Virus record (IMG/VR): IMGVR_UViG_3300006734_000008
Coordinates: 1-64,000 of that record
Length of the DNA stretch: 64,000 nucleotides
Origin: a virus
Strand: one strand, 5' to 3'
Positions 27,435 to 35,880 of this stretch are shown in pieces. The notes beneath the pieces are model-generated. The model had not been told where the DNA came from. It saw nothing but the letters and a program-made list of their open reading frames with translations, and ran no database searches. Within the stretch, counting starts at the first letter, position 1. Every line of letters starts with the position of its first letter. Position numbers and translations under genes: made by a program.

Positions 27435-28332
27435 TAAACCTATATTGATGCACAATTATCCTGATGGTACATCTTATTTCAGAACTGATGATGCTAAAAA
27501 ATCAGAGATAGTATGGCGCATCCAAAACTATGAACAACTGTGGCAATTAGCACAGTATGTTGATGCTTTTAGACAATATGATTCAATGAATCGTAGAAAG
27601 CTACAGGTAACTCTTCCTCGTCTTATTGATGCACAGGCTGACTCAAGATTTGGGCGGTATTCTTATAGTCTCAAGATAGTTCTTGATTTTCTTAATTCTT
27701 TAGATGTAGATATTTATGTTATTTATCATCCACACAATCCTCAAGCAGTGGAAATGGGTTTGAATAATGTCGCAATCTTAAAGAATTATACTTTCATTGA
27801 GAAAGTACTTCAAGACTTAGCAATAAATGTATATCATTTACCTGCAGAGTGGGTACATGACCATTATATTACAACTGTAAATGAAAGACTGTATCCTCTT
27901 GTTCATCTTTTAGCTGCTGATGCAGGAGGTTATAAGCCTCTTATGGATACAGTTAAAAGGCTAAGATGGGGAGGTAAGGTTCACTCTGCGTCTAAATCTC
28001 GTGTAGATGGTAAGTTACATCAAATTCTTTCAGTCAATGACTTTAAGGGTAAGGATGTACTCATTGTTGATGATATTTGCGTATATGGTGGAACCTTTAA
28101 AGGTTTAGCCAAATTATTACGAGAGAGAAATGCAGGAAGATTATTCCTGGCTGTCAGTCATATGACTGTACAAAACTTAGGTAAAGATTCAGTAGTACGT
28201 TACTTTGATAGAGTATACACCACCAATAGCACATATGATTACTATATGCATGTTGTTGATGAGGATGGTACTATTGAGGAAAAGCCTGATAATTTGAATG
28301 TAATTGAACTTTTTAACCCTGATAACAGATGA
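27424..28332 (+). CDS. prs: ribose-phosphate pyrophosphokinase-like type-I phosphoribosyltransferase
   Basis: PRPP-binding loop DVLIVDDICVYGGTFKG; two-domain 302-aa size; N-terminal DG-containing segment. Confidence 0.55.
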   Translation: MMSDKPILMHNYPDGTSYFRTDDAKKSEIVWRIQNYEQLWQLAQYVDAFRQYDSMNRRKLQVTLPRLIDAQADSRFGRYSYSLKIVLDFLNSLDVDIYVIYHPHNPQAVEMGLNNVAILKNYTFIEKVLQDLAINVYHLPAEWVHDHYITTVNERLYPLVHLLAADAGGYKPLMDTVKRLRWGGKVHSASKSRVDGKLHQILSVNDFKGKDVLIVDDICVYGGTFKGLAKLLRERNAGRLFLAVSHMTVQNLGKDSVVRYFDRVYTTNSTYDYYMHVVDEDGTIEEKPDNLNVIELFNPDNR

Positions 28333-29807
28333 ATCCATTTTTAGGAACTGATGGGTACAAAACAGGTCACATGCCTATGTATCCAGAGGGAACAAGTTTG
28401 GTTGTATCCAACTTTACACCTCGAAGCAATAAGTATGCACCAAATGGAATAGACAGCGTAGTTGTCTTTGGACTCCAAATGGTCATGCATCAAATACACG
28501 ATGGTTTTCAACGTGATTTCTTCAATCAACCCAAAAGAGCAGTCTGTAATGAGATTAAAGACGAGTATTCCATGTACCTAGGTATGGATTATGATGTCTC
28601 TCATATCGAAGCCCTGTGGGATTTAGGTTTTCTCCCTATTGAAATGAAAGCCTTGGAAGAAGGAACGTTGTGTCCCATTGGTGTACCCGTGTTAACCATT
28701 AAGAATACTTATGAAGAGTTCTTCTGGTTGACAAACTTCCTGGAGACTTTAATCTCCAACTTGTTGTGGAAACCTATTACATCCGCAACAATTGCCCTTG
28801 AGTTCAAGAAAGTACTCACTAAATGGGCACTCAAGACCGATGCTGATAATGTCGGCTTTGTGGATTTTCAAGGACATGATTTCTCTATGAGAGGCATGGA
28901 CTCCCTCGAAGCTGTCATTAGTTCAGGATTAGGTCATGCAACAAGCTTCTTAGGTTCTGATAGTTTGCCAACAATACATGGCGCCAGAAAATACTATCGT
29001 GAACCTGATGGAGTGATTTACTCAGTAAATGCTACCGAGCACTCAGTGATGTGTGCTGGTGGTCATGAAACTGAAATTGACACATTTCGTAGGCTTATGT
29101 CTATCTTTCCTAAAGGTATTCTCTCCATTGTATCTGATACATGGGACTTGTGGAAAGTGTTGACAGCTTATTTGCCTGAATTACATGATGAAATTCTTGC
29201 AAGAGATGGTAAAATTGTCATTCGTCCTGATTCTGGTAATCCTGCTGACATCCTTTGTGGAACTGTAATGGATGACCGAGAAGACATGAAAACTTTACCT
29301 GAACACAAAGGTGTAATTGAACTCCTTTGGGATGAATTTGGTGGAACTGTAAATGAGCAGGGATACAAAGTTCTAAATCCTAAGATTGGAGCAATCTATG
29401 GAGACTCTATCACCTTGGAAAGAGCTGAAGAAATATGTCAACGGTTGGAACAGAAAGGCTTTGCAAGTACTAACGTGGTACTGGGCATAGGAAGCTTTAC
29501 TTACCAGTTCAACACTCGTGACACTTTTGGTTTTGCTATGAAAGCAACTTATGTAGAAATTACAGATGCCGAGGGAAAAGTAATTGGTAGAGAAATCTAC
29601 AAAGACCCTATTACTGATGACGGAACTAAAAAGAGTGCCAAGGGACTACTTCAAGTTGTGAAAACCGCTGATGGTCTTGTATTAAAAGACCAAGTAAGTT
29701 GGTTAGAAGAAAGAGAGGGGGAACTCCAAACAATCTATGAGGATGGACTATTCTTCAACCCAACAACTTTAACCCAAATCAGGGAGCGTGTCGCAGCCTT
29801 GGTTTAA
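28329..29807 (+). CDS. nadV: nicotinamide phosphoribosyltransferase (NadV/NAMPT family)
   Basis: N-terminal GTDGYKTGH motif, about 490 aa, type II PRTase-like architecture; ATGA overlap with prs-like gene. Confidence 0.65.
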   Translation: MNPFLGTDGYKTGHMPMYPEGTSLVVSNFTPRSNKYAPNGIDSVVVFGLQMVMHQIHDGFQRDFFNQPKRAVCNEIKDEYSMYLGMDYDVSHIEALWDLGFLPIEMKALEEGTLCPIGVPVLTIKNTYEEFFWLTNFLETLISNLLWKPITSATIALEFKKVLTKWALKTDADNVGFVDFQGHDFSMRGMDSLEAVISSGLGHATSFLGSDSLPTIHGARKYYREPDGVIYSVNATEHSVMCAGGHETEIDTFRRLMSIFPKGILSIVSDTWDLWKVLTAYLPELHDEILARDGKIVIRPDSGNPADILCGTVMDDREDMKTLPEHKGVIELLWDEFGGTVNEQGYKVLNPKIGAIYGDSITLERAEEICQRLEQKGFASTNVVLGIGSFTYQFNTRDTFGFAMKATYVEITDAEGKVIGREIYKDPITDDGTKKSAKGLLQVVKTADGLVLKDQVSWLEEREGELQTIYEDGLFFNPTTLTQIRERVAALV

Positions 29808-29817
29808 ACTGTCGCAA

Positions 29818-29844
29818 GGGGAGGCTTAGGTCTCCCCTTTTTTT
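29818..29844 (+). terminator. rho-independent terminator
   Basis: GGGGAG-gcttaggt-CTCCCC hairpin followed by TTTTTTT. Confidence 0.6.
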
Positions 29845-29847
29845 CAA

Positions 29848-30222
29848 ATGTATACAGCATTAATCATTGGATTTTTGGTCTATCATTATTTGGCAGACTA
29901 TATCCTTCAGGATTTAGACACTAGGCAAAGTAAGTCTAGTCAGCTAGATACTCTAATAAGACATGTGAGTATTTACTCATTCTCTTATATTCCACTTATT
30001 CTTATTCTTACTGTAGGAGTAGGTTTTACTCATTGGATGTGGTTGTTTATACCCATAACTCTTGTAACTCACTACATTATTGATAGTATTACAAGCCGTG
30101 TATCAACCAGATATCTTCAAGAAGACAGAATGTGGGAAGCTGTAAATGTAATGGGTCTTGACCAATTACTACACAACATAAGGATTATTCTAACCGTTTA
30201 TTTGATTCTATTATGGGGATAA
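29848..30222 (+). CDS. integral membrane protein
   Basis: 124 aa, four hydrophobic helices. Confidence 0.4.
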   Translation: MYTALIIGFLVYHYLADYILQDLDTRQSKSSQLDTLIRHVSIYSFSYIPLILILTVGVGFTHWMWLFIPITLVTHYIIDSITSRVSTRYLQEDRMWEAVNVMGLDQLLHNIRIILTVYLILLWG

Positions 30223-30326
30223 CAACAGTTAGTATAATCTATTTAGGCTGTCTTTGCCTAGTATTCATTGCAATTCGCAAGATAATCAAATGGATGCAAA
30301 AAGACATATAGAGTTTATCTCTATAT

Positions 30327-30400
30327 ACACTCATAGCTCAATTGGATAGAGCGACAGCCTTCTAAGCTGTAGGTTATAGGTTCGACTCCTATTGGGTGTA
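30327..30400 (+). tRNA. tRNA-Arg (anticodon TCT)
   Basis: Acceptor ACACTCA/TGGGTGT, D-arm GCTC-AATTGGATA-GAGC, anticodon arm ACAGC-CTTCTAA-GCTGT, T-arm ATAGG-TTCGACT-CCTAT, discriminator A. Confidence 0.8.
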
Positions 30401-30492
30401 CAACACTAGGTCGCACAGGCGTAGGGATTTAATAATTATAGATGATAAATATAGTCGCCTACAGAGAGTTGAAATACTTTCTCTAGTGGTAT

Positions 30493-30578
30493 GCAGGAGT
30501 GGTGGAATTGGTAGACACGCAGGACTTAAAATCCTGTGAGCAGTAATGTTCGTGAGGGTTCGACTCCCTCCTCCTGCA
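30493..30578 (+). tRNA. tRNA-Leu (anticodon TAA), type II with long variable arm
   Basis: Acceptor GCAGGAG/CTCCTGC, anticodon arm CAGGA-CTTAAAA-TCCTG, long variable arm, T-arm GAGGG-TTCGACT-CCCTC. Confidence 0.8.
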
Positions 30579-30592
30579 CTAAAAAAACAATA

Positions 30593-30925
30593 ATGACTTT
30601 ACAAGAACTAAAAGATTGGCAACTGAACTTTAAAGAAAGAGTTTGGGAAGGTTATTCTCCTAAACTTAACTTTAGAGGTAAAAGAACACTTAAAATTAAT
30701 GGTGTTAGCTTTTGGGAAGATTCTTCTATTGGAACTATAGATTTTTCATATAAGAAAATGTATGGTTTCTTAAGTCCTGACAATGGTCTATATAGTGGAG
30801 ATAATTATTATCCTATCATTAAGGGTATTTTATGTAGAACTATGGGTGGAACAGTTTCTGGTGGAAAAAATCTTGAAGAATTTGCCTCAGCAGTAAAAGA
30901 ATATTGGAAATACTTTATATCATGA
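30593..30925 (+). CDS. hypothetical protein
   Basis: Track ORF 30536 overlaps tRNA-Leu; first ATG after tRNA is 30593 (MTLQELK). Confidence 0.4.
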   Translation: MTLQELKDWQLNFKERVWEGYSPKLNFRGKRTLKINGVSFWEDSSIGTIDFSYKKMYGFLSPDNGLYSGDNYYPIIKGILCRTMGGTVSGGKNLEEFASAVKEYWKYFIS

Positions 30926-31070
30926 AAGCAGGATTTCTTTTTCGATGGTGGAGTTTCTGGATAGGGCTCCACTATTCAAAGTTCAACAAAAGACTGTGCA
31001 TCAATATACTTCCCTGTTGCACAATTTGGATAGTTTTTGAGGGAGGTAAAGAACCAATAATCAAAAATCT

Positions 31071-31286
31071 ATGAGTTATCGTAATAATTTAGTTAGAAAA
31101 AAGGTAATAATTGCTTTTATAGCCTTTACCCTAACCCTTTGGATAGGGGCTTCAATTACTTGGGGAGAGTCTAATGTCCTTTGTTGGCATGAGTGTGCTC
31201 CTGATGGTAGACAAGCTGTCCCCGTTGTTACTTGGATAATCTTGAATATCATACTTGTTTGGTATTATATAGTTGAAGCGGATTAA
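31071..31286 (+). CDS. small membrane protein
   Basis: 71 aa, two TM helices. Confidence 0.35.
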   Translation: MSYRNNLVRKKVIIAFIAFTLTLWIGASITWGESNVLCWHECAPDGRQAVPVVTWIILNIILVWYYIVEAD

Positions 31287-31299
31287 TACTTAATTAAGA

Positions 31300-32607
31300 A
31301 TGCTCAAGAAAAGCGACCAGTTTAACCCTAACTATTTAGCTAAGGTTGTTAAACTAAAGGGATTACAGAAACATTCTAATGCAGATAGGCTACAAACCTG
31401 TCTCATAGACTTTCAAAATGTAATCACTGACATGAAAGCAAAAGATGGAGATATCTATGTATACTTTCCTGTGGAGTGTCAGATTAATAAAGACTTTCTT
31501 TCTAAGACTAATAGTTTTAGAGACAAGACTCTCAATACAGAACCAGATGAAGGTGGGTTCTTTGAAAAGCATTGTAGAGTCAAAGCCATGAGCCTCAGAG
31601 GTGAGAGGAGTATGGGATATATTGTACCAGCTAATCATGTATTTGAATGGGCTGGTGTCAATAAAAATCCATCAGATTTTGTTAATACTGAGTTTGATAC
31701 TATCAATGAGAAGTTGCTTCTCAAGAAATACATCAAAAAGGTCAACAAACATGATGGACCACCTAACAAAAAAGGCAAAAAACCAGCCCTGTCAAGACTG
31801 ATTGAGGGACAAGTACATTTACATGTAGATACTGATAATCTCAGAAAATACATGTCTAATATCAAGCCATCAGATACTATCTCTATTACCTATAAGACAC
31901 ATGGAACCTCGTGGTGGGTCAGTAATGTGCTAGTAAAGAAGAAGTTAAATTGGATTGAGAAAGTACTCCTTAATCTTGGTGTTAAGATACAAACAGAAGA
32001 GTATGATTTGGTCTATGGTTCAAGACGAGTAGTTAAGAATAAACAGTTCGAAGACCCAAAGGGACAAGACCACTTCTATGGCTATGATTTGTGGAAAGAC
32101 ATCAAAGATGAGATTGGATACAAAATTCCTAAAGGCTTTACTCTCTATGGAGAGATGATAGGCTATGATAAGGAAGGAAATTTCATTCAAAAACCATTTG
32201 ATTATGGTTGCAGACCAGGAGAACACAAACTTGAAGTGTATAGAATAACTTATACTAATCCAAATGGAGTAGTTATGGAGTTGTCTACACCACAGATAGT
32301 TGAGTTCTGTTTGAGAAACAGATTGAATCCATCTTACAGGTATTTTACAGGTAAAGCGAGAGATTTATATCCTCAACTGCATACTGGTGAGTATTGGCAT
32401 GAAAAATTCATCTCTAATTTAGAGGATGACTATGCTAATGGTGAAAGATGTTTTAGGTGTAACAACAAGGTTCCTGCTGAAGGTATATGTCTCAGAGTTG
32501 AAAGACTCTATGAATATGAGATTTATAAGTTGAAAAGCTTTGAATTTCTTGAATTTGAGACTAAACAACTTGATGCAGGAGAATCTAATATTGAGGATAC
32601 CGCATGA
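31300..32607 (+). CDS. putative ATP-dependent RNA ligase (covalent nucleotidyltransferase, Rnl5-like KxHG type)
   Basis: Motif I-like ITYKTHGTS, motif IV-like EGICLRVE, motif V-like YKLKS, about 190-aa N-terminal extension; neighbours are Pnk kinase and phosphoesterase. Confidence 0.45.
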   Translation: MLKKSDQFNPNYLAKVVKLKGLQKHSNADRLQTCLIDFQNVITDMKAKDGDIYVYFPVECQINKDFLSKTNSFRDKTLNTEPDEGGFFEKHCRVKAMSLRGERSMGYIVPANHVFEWAGVNKNPSDFVNTEFDTINEKLLLKKYIKKVNKHDGPPNKKGKKPALSRLIEGQVHLHVDTDNLRKYMSNIKPSDTISITYKTHGTSWWVSNVLVKKKLNWIEKVLLNLGVKIQTEEYDLVYGSRRVVKNKQFEDPKGQDHFYGYDLWKDIKDEIGYKIPKGFTLYGEMIGYDKEGNFIQKPFDYGCRPGEHKLEVYRITYTNPNGVVMELSTPQIVEFCLRNRLNPSYRYFTGKARDLYPQLHTGEYWHEKFISNLEDDYANGERCFRCNNKVPAEGICLRVERLYEYEIYKLKSFEFLEFETKQLDAGESNIEDTA

Positions 32608-32999
32608 AACGTGATGACCTATTAGAGAAATTGCGTGAGATGCAAAATTTACCTACAAGAGATGAACTGTTTCGTTGGATACAGTCTCTTCCAAAAGATA
32701 AACATCTTGGTACACCTGAACAATTCAAAGTTGGTGATATATTTATGCATCCAATCTTCAATCATCCATATGTTCTTCTAAAGAAGACAAATGATGGTTA
32801 TCTTTGTACACTTATGACTTCAGATGGTGAGTTTGCAGAGGTACTTACTCAATGTAAATCTAGGTTCTTTAGCGATTCTTTTATTGTGAAGAATCTCTTT
32901 GAACGACAAAATATCTCTCAAGATGCCTTCATGGGTATCTATGATAATAACAAACATCTGAAAGAAGTTTTAAAACAGTTACAAACCGTAATGTCATAA
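32604..32999 (+). CDS. hypothetical protein
   Basis: 131-aa ORF between ligase and kinase, overlapping stops/starts. Confidence 0.4.
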   Translation: MKRDDLLEKLREMQNLPTRDELFRWIQSLPKDKHLGTPEQFKVGDIFMHPIFNHPYVLLKKTNDGYLCTLMTSDGEFAEVLTQCKSRFFSDSFIVKNLFERQNISQDAFMGIYDNNKHLKEVLKQLQTVMS

Positions 33000-33472
33000 T
33001 GCCTAAGTTAATCATACTTATTGGACCTTCGGGCTCAGGTAAATCTACCTGGGCTCATGAGGCCCATATAAAAGACCCTAACAATGTTGTTATTGTCAAT
33101 AGGGACAAGATTCGCGAGTTACTCTTTGGTTATCTTGAAGATAACATTAAAGAGTATTACCTTCGACATGACTTTCCTGCAAGAGAGAAAGAAGTTACAA
33201 TATATGAAAATATATTGATACACAGCTCTCTTAATCTAAACAAAACAGTCATTGTTGATGCTACACATCTAAAACTCAAATACCTTAAAAGATATGATGT
33301 CTTGAAAGATAAGGGAATTGATGTGGAATACAAGTATTTCGATGCTGATATGGGTACTCTATTAGAGCGTCAGACCCTACGTATTCGTAAGGTAGGCAAA
33401 GAGATACTTGAAAGACAATTGGATATGTATCACAAGCTACAAAACAATCCTCATGCGATTAAATACAAATGA
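32999..33472 (+). CDS. pnk: polynucleotide 5'-kinase (T4 Pnk kinase-domain-like P-loop kinase)
   Basis: IILIGPSGSGKSTWAHE Walker A and downstream VNRD, closely paralleling the T4 Pnk kinase domain N-terminus. Confidence 0.55.
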   Translation: MPKLIILIGPSGSGKSTWAHEAHIKDPNNVVIVNRDKIRELLFGYLEDNIKEYYLRHDFPAREKEVTIYENILIHSSLNLNKTVIVDATHLKLKYLKRYDVLKDKGIDVEYKYFDADMGTLLERQTLRIRKVGKEILERQLDMYHKLQNNPHAIKYK

Positions 33473-34124
33473 TGGTAATATCTGGTTTACATCAGATACT
33501 CATTTTAACCATACTAATATTGTAAAAGGTATCAGTAAGTGGAAAAAGGGTGGTATGCGTGATATGAACGAAAATCTAGAGTATATGAATACTCTTCTTC
33601 TAGAGGAAATCAATAAAAGAGTTCAACCCAATGACACTCTTATTCATTTAGGTGACTTTGCTTTTGGTGATAAGACTCAGATTCCTCATTTTCTTGACCG
33701 AATTCTATGTAAAAATGTGCATTTAGTATTTGGAAACCATGACCATTGGATTAGAGCTCACTATAAACATCTTTTCAAATCAGTTCATGAATTACTTGAA
33801 TTGACAATTGTAGAGGCTCAACCAATTGTTAATGGTCGTCAACAAAAAGCTAAGAAGTATAATTTCGTACTTTGTCACTATCCACTCTTTGTGTGGAATG
33901 GTCATATGAAAGGATGGATACATCTTCATGGTCATTGCCACAATTCTATGTATCACACTACACCAGACTATTACAAACGTAAAGCTATGGATGTAGGAGT
34001 TGATACTATTTTCAACCAATTTGGATATTATGGTCCTATTAGCTATTCTCATATTATGGAACTACTTCGTAATAAAGAATTAGTCGAAGTAGACCACCAT
34101 GATGCCAATACAAATGTGTATTGA
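33456..34124 (+). CDS. calcineurin-like metallophosphoesterase (2',3'/3'-phosphatase candidate)
   Basis: Motifs DTHFNH, GDFAFGD, GNHDHW, H..GH.H; start chosen at ATG 33456 overlapping pnk stop. Confidence 0.55.
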   Translation, partial: RLNTNDGNIWFTSDTHFNHTNIVKGISKWKKGGMRDMNENLEYMNTLLLEEINKRVQPNDTLIHLGDFAFGDKTQIPHFLDRILCKNVHLVFGNHDHWIRAHYKHLFKSVHELLELTIVEAQPIVNGRQQKAKKYNFVLCHYPLFVWNGHMKGWIHLHGHCHNSMYHTTPDYYKRKAMDVGVDTIFNQFGYYGPISYSHIMELLRNKELVEVDHHDANTNVY

Positions 34125-34174
34125 TATGCCATGTAATTATGTAGAAAATCACGACCCACCTAATTGGTTATAAC

Positions 34175-34720
34175 ATGAAAATAATCAGAAACATTGGTTT
34201 GATATTACTCTGTTTTTTGTTTATATTTGCATCCCGCAAAGAAAACAGGAAGGTTGTAGAACCTGCAAAGGTCACTACTCCAGTGATACTCAAACCTGTA
34301 GAACTTGACCTACCTGAAGGATGGATATTCAAACAGGTAGCGTACTACTGTGACAGTTTTAATGTGCCTAAAAAATACATTTATGATGTAGGGATGAATG
34401 AATCAGGATGGAGAAATCCTAATGATTCTAACTTCATCATAGGGCCATGGTATGTCCCAGGTGAATCTTCTCACGGAGATTTACAAATGATAAACTCCAC
34501 ATGGAGGATATACTCTAAAAGGTTAGGTCTCACCAAGAAGACCAGAAAGAATCTATTGATTGCATGTATAGCAATGTCCAAAGATTGCTATCTCTTAGGA
34601 GACAGCTCATGGAGAAAAGCTCGCTATATTTATGCAAGAGGTAGATGGAAGTCTCCTAGTAAATGGACAAAACTAGAGAGAAAATTCATGTCCAAAATGA
34701 ACTTCGAAAAGTACAACTAA
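34175..34720 (+). CDS. lytic transglycosylase (SLT/lysozyme-like) domain protein with N-terminal signal/TM
   Basis: NESGW...GDLQMINSTW resembles SLT catalytic Glu-Ser and GLMQ motifs; N-terminal hydrophobic segment. Confidence 0.45.
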   Translation: MKIIRNIGLILLCFLFIFASRKENRKVVEPAKVTTPVILKPVELDLPEGWIFKQVAYYCDSFNVPKKYIYDVGMNESGWRNPNDSNFIIGPWYVPGESSHGDLQMINSTWRIYSKRLGLTKKTRKNLLIACIAMSKDCYLLGDSSWRKARYIYARGRWKSPSKWTKLERKFMSKMNFEKYN

Positions 34721-34971
34721 TGGAAATCACAAAAGCCCAAGTTGCGGAGTGGAACTATTACCGTAGGAGAATCAAGAATTATCCTAAAGTTCCTAAATTA
34801 GTAGAGAAATTGACTCGAAAATTTAGAGGGAAAGAATCTGTCACAGTACCACAAGGTCTGGTCAGAATTTCTTTCAGAAGTTTCTTAATGAGAGTTGAGA
34901 ACTTTCACAAAGACCATCTTCCTAACCTTACAGTTAGAAGATTTGACCCAGTTTATAAACCAAAAGAATGA
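34720..34971 (+). CDS. hypothetical protein
   Basis: ATG overlapping upstream stop (TAATG). Confidence 0.35.
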   Translation: MEITKAQVAEWNYYRRRIKNYPKVPKLVEKLTRKFRGKESVTVPQGLVRISFRSFLMRVENFHKDHLPNLTVRRFDPVYKPKE

Positions 34972-35053
34972 TTTGTCCATATTGTCAAGAATACACTGTT
35001 GGCTAGGTTCCAACAGGTACTCCAGATGTGGGAGGAATGAATATCTGTAATTA

Positions 35054-35461
35054 TTGTCAAGAGTATTCAATACCTTTCGAATGAAACTCATAATTGCAGG
35101 TAGCAGAGACTTTACAGACTATGCTCATCTTAAGCATATATTGTTAAATAACTACGATATTGCTGAGATAAGTGAGATTGTCTCAGGCACTGCAAGAGGA
35201 GCTGATAGATTGGGGGAAAAGTTTGCCAAAGAGCATTCTATTCCCCTTCGTCAGTTTCCTGCAGACTGGGATAAACATGGTAAATCTGCAGGATATATCC
35301 GTAACAAACAAATGGCTGACTATGCTGATGCATTGGTAGTATTTTGGGACGGACGTTCAAAAGGAACAAAACACATGATAAATCTGGCTAACTTAGCTGG
35401 ATTAAATGTGAAAATCTTCTTATACGGCTTTGAAGCCAGTTTACAGAAGAAACTATTTTAG
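35054..35461 (+). CDS. SLOG-superfamily (DUF2493/YspA-like) Rossmann-fold protein
   Basis: IIAGSRDF...VSGTARGADRLGE...VVFWDG pattern typical of DprA/LOG-like SLOG domains common in phages. Confidence 0.45.
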   Translation: MSRVFNTFRMKLIIAGSRDFTDYAHLKHILLNNYDIAEISEIVSGTARGADRLGEKFAKEHSIPLRQFPADWDKHGKSAGYIRNKQMADYADALVVFWDGRSKGTKHMINLANLAGLNVKIFLYGFEASLQKKLF

Positions 35462-35868
35462 GGCCTGACTGGAATTGACAGGTATCTGAGAGTATATGAA
35501 CATGCAGTCAGATTGATTTACTCTGACTTGAATCTCGTAAATTAACAAATAACTGGAAACAGTTTATCTAACACTACTGTAGAAGAGTTCATCTCAACTA
35601 TGGTAGTTGCAGAGCGTGAAGTAGCAGTAGCGTAATGCAGCAGGTGTTATCCCTACCTAGGAACAGAAAAGGGGTAAAATTTAACTCGAAAAAGGATAAG
35701 GAGAGTATAAATTTGGAGTGACAGTATCCTTGAAAGACCCGTAGGTTTAGCTGTTATCACTACCCTGGTGGAGGTTGAATTCCAGATTCAGCCCTAATTT
35801 TTAAGCATGTATAATTTGTATATTTGATGTTACGCTGGACGGGGGTTCGACTCCCCTCAGGTCCACTA
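35461..35868 (+). ncRNA. ssrA: tmRNA (ssrA-like transfer-messenger RNA), one-piece, with tag reading frame GCA GAG CGT GAA GTA GCA GTA GCG TAA (AEREVAVA*) at 35609-35635
   Basis: 5' end GGGCCTGACTGGAATTGACAGG parallels E. coli GGGGCUGAUUCUGGAUUCGACGGG; 3' end CTGGACGGGGGTTCGACTCCCCTCAGGTCCACTA gives T-arm GGGGG-TTCGACT-CCCCT and acceptor 3' strand pairing the 5' GGGCCTG; resume codon GCA preceded by TAGTT (E. coli has TAGTC GCA); tag ends VAVA then TAA. Confidence 0.7.
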
Positions 35869-35880
35869 AAAACTTATGAA

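Noticed and set aside
30536-30592. N-terminal extension of ORF 30536-30925
   Set aside because: Overlaps tRNA-Leu; first ATG downstream of the tRNA (30593) preferred
35461-35868. tmRNA on the minus strand
   Set aside because: The minus strand has a 5'-like segment (rc of 35768-35795) but no T-arm/acceptor 3' end; the plus strand has both ends plus a tag ORF, so plus orientation is retained
35824-35880. N-terminal extension of the GNAT-like ORF (track start 35824)
   Set aside because: Overlaps the tmRNA T-arm/acceptor; the ATG at 35881 (MASLNRG) after the tmRNA 3' end is the more plausible start
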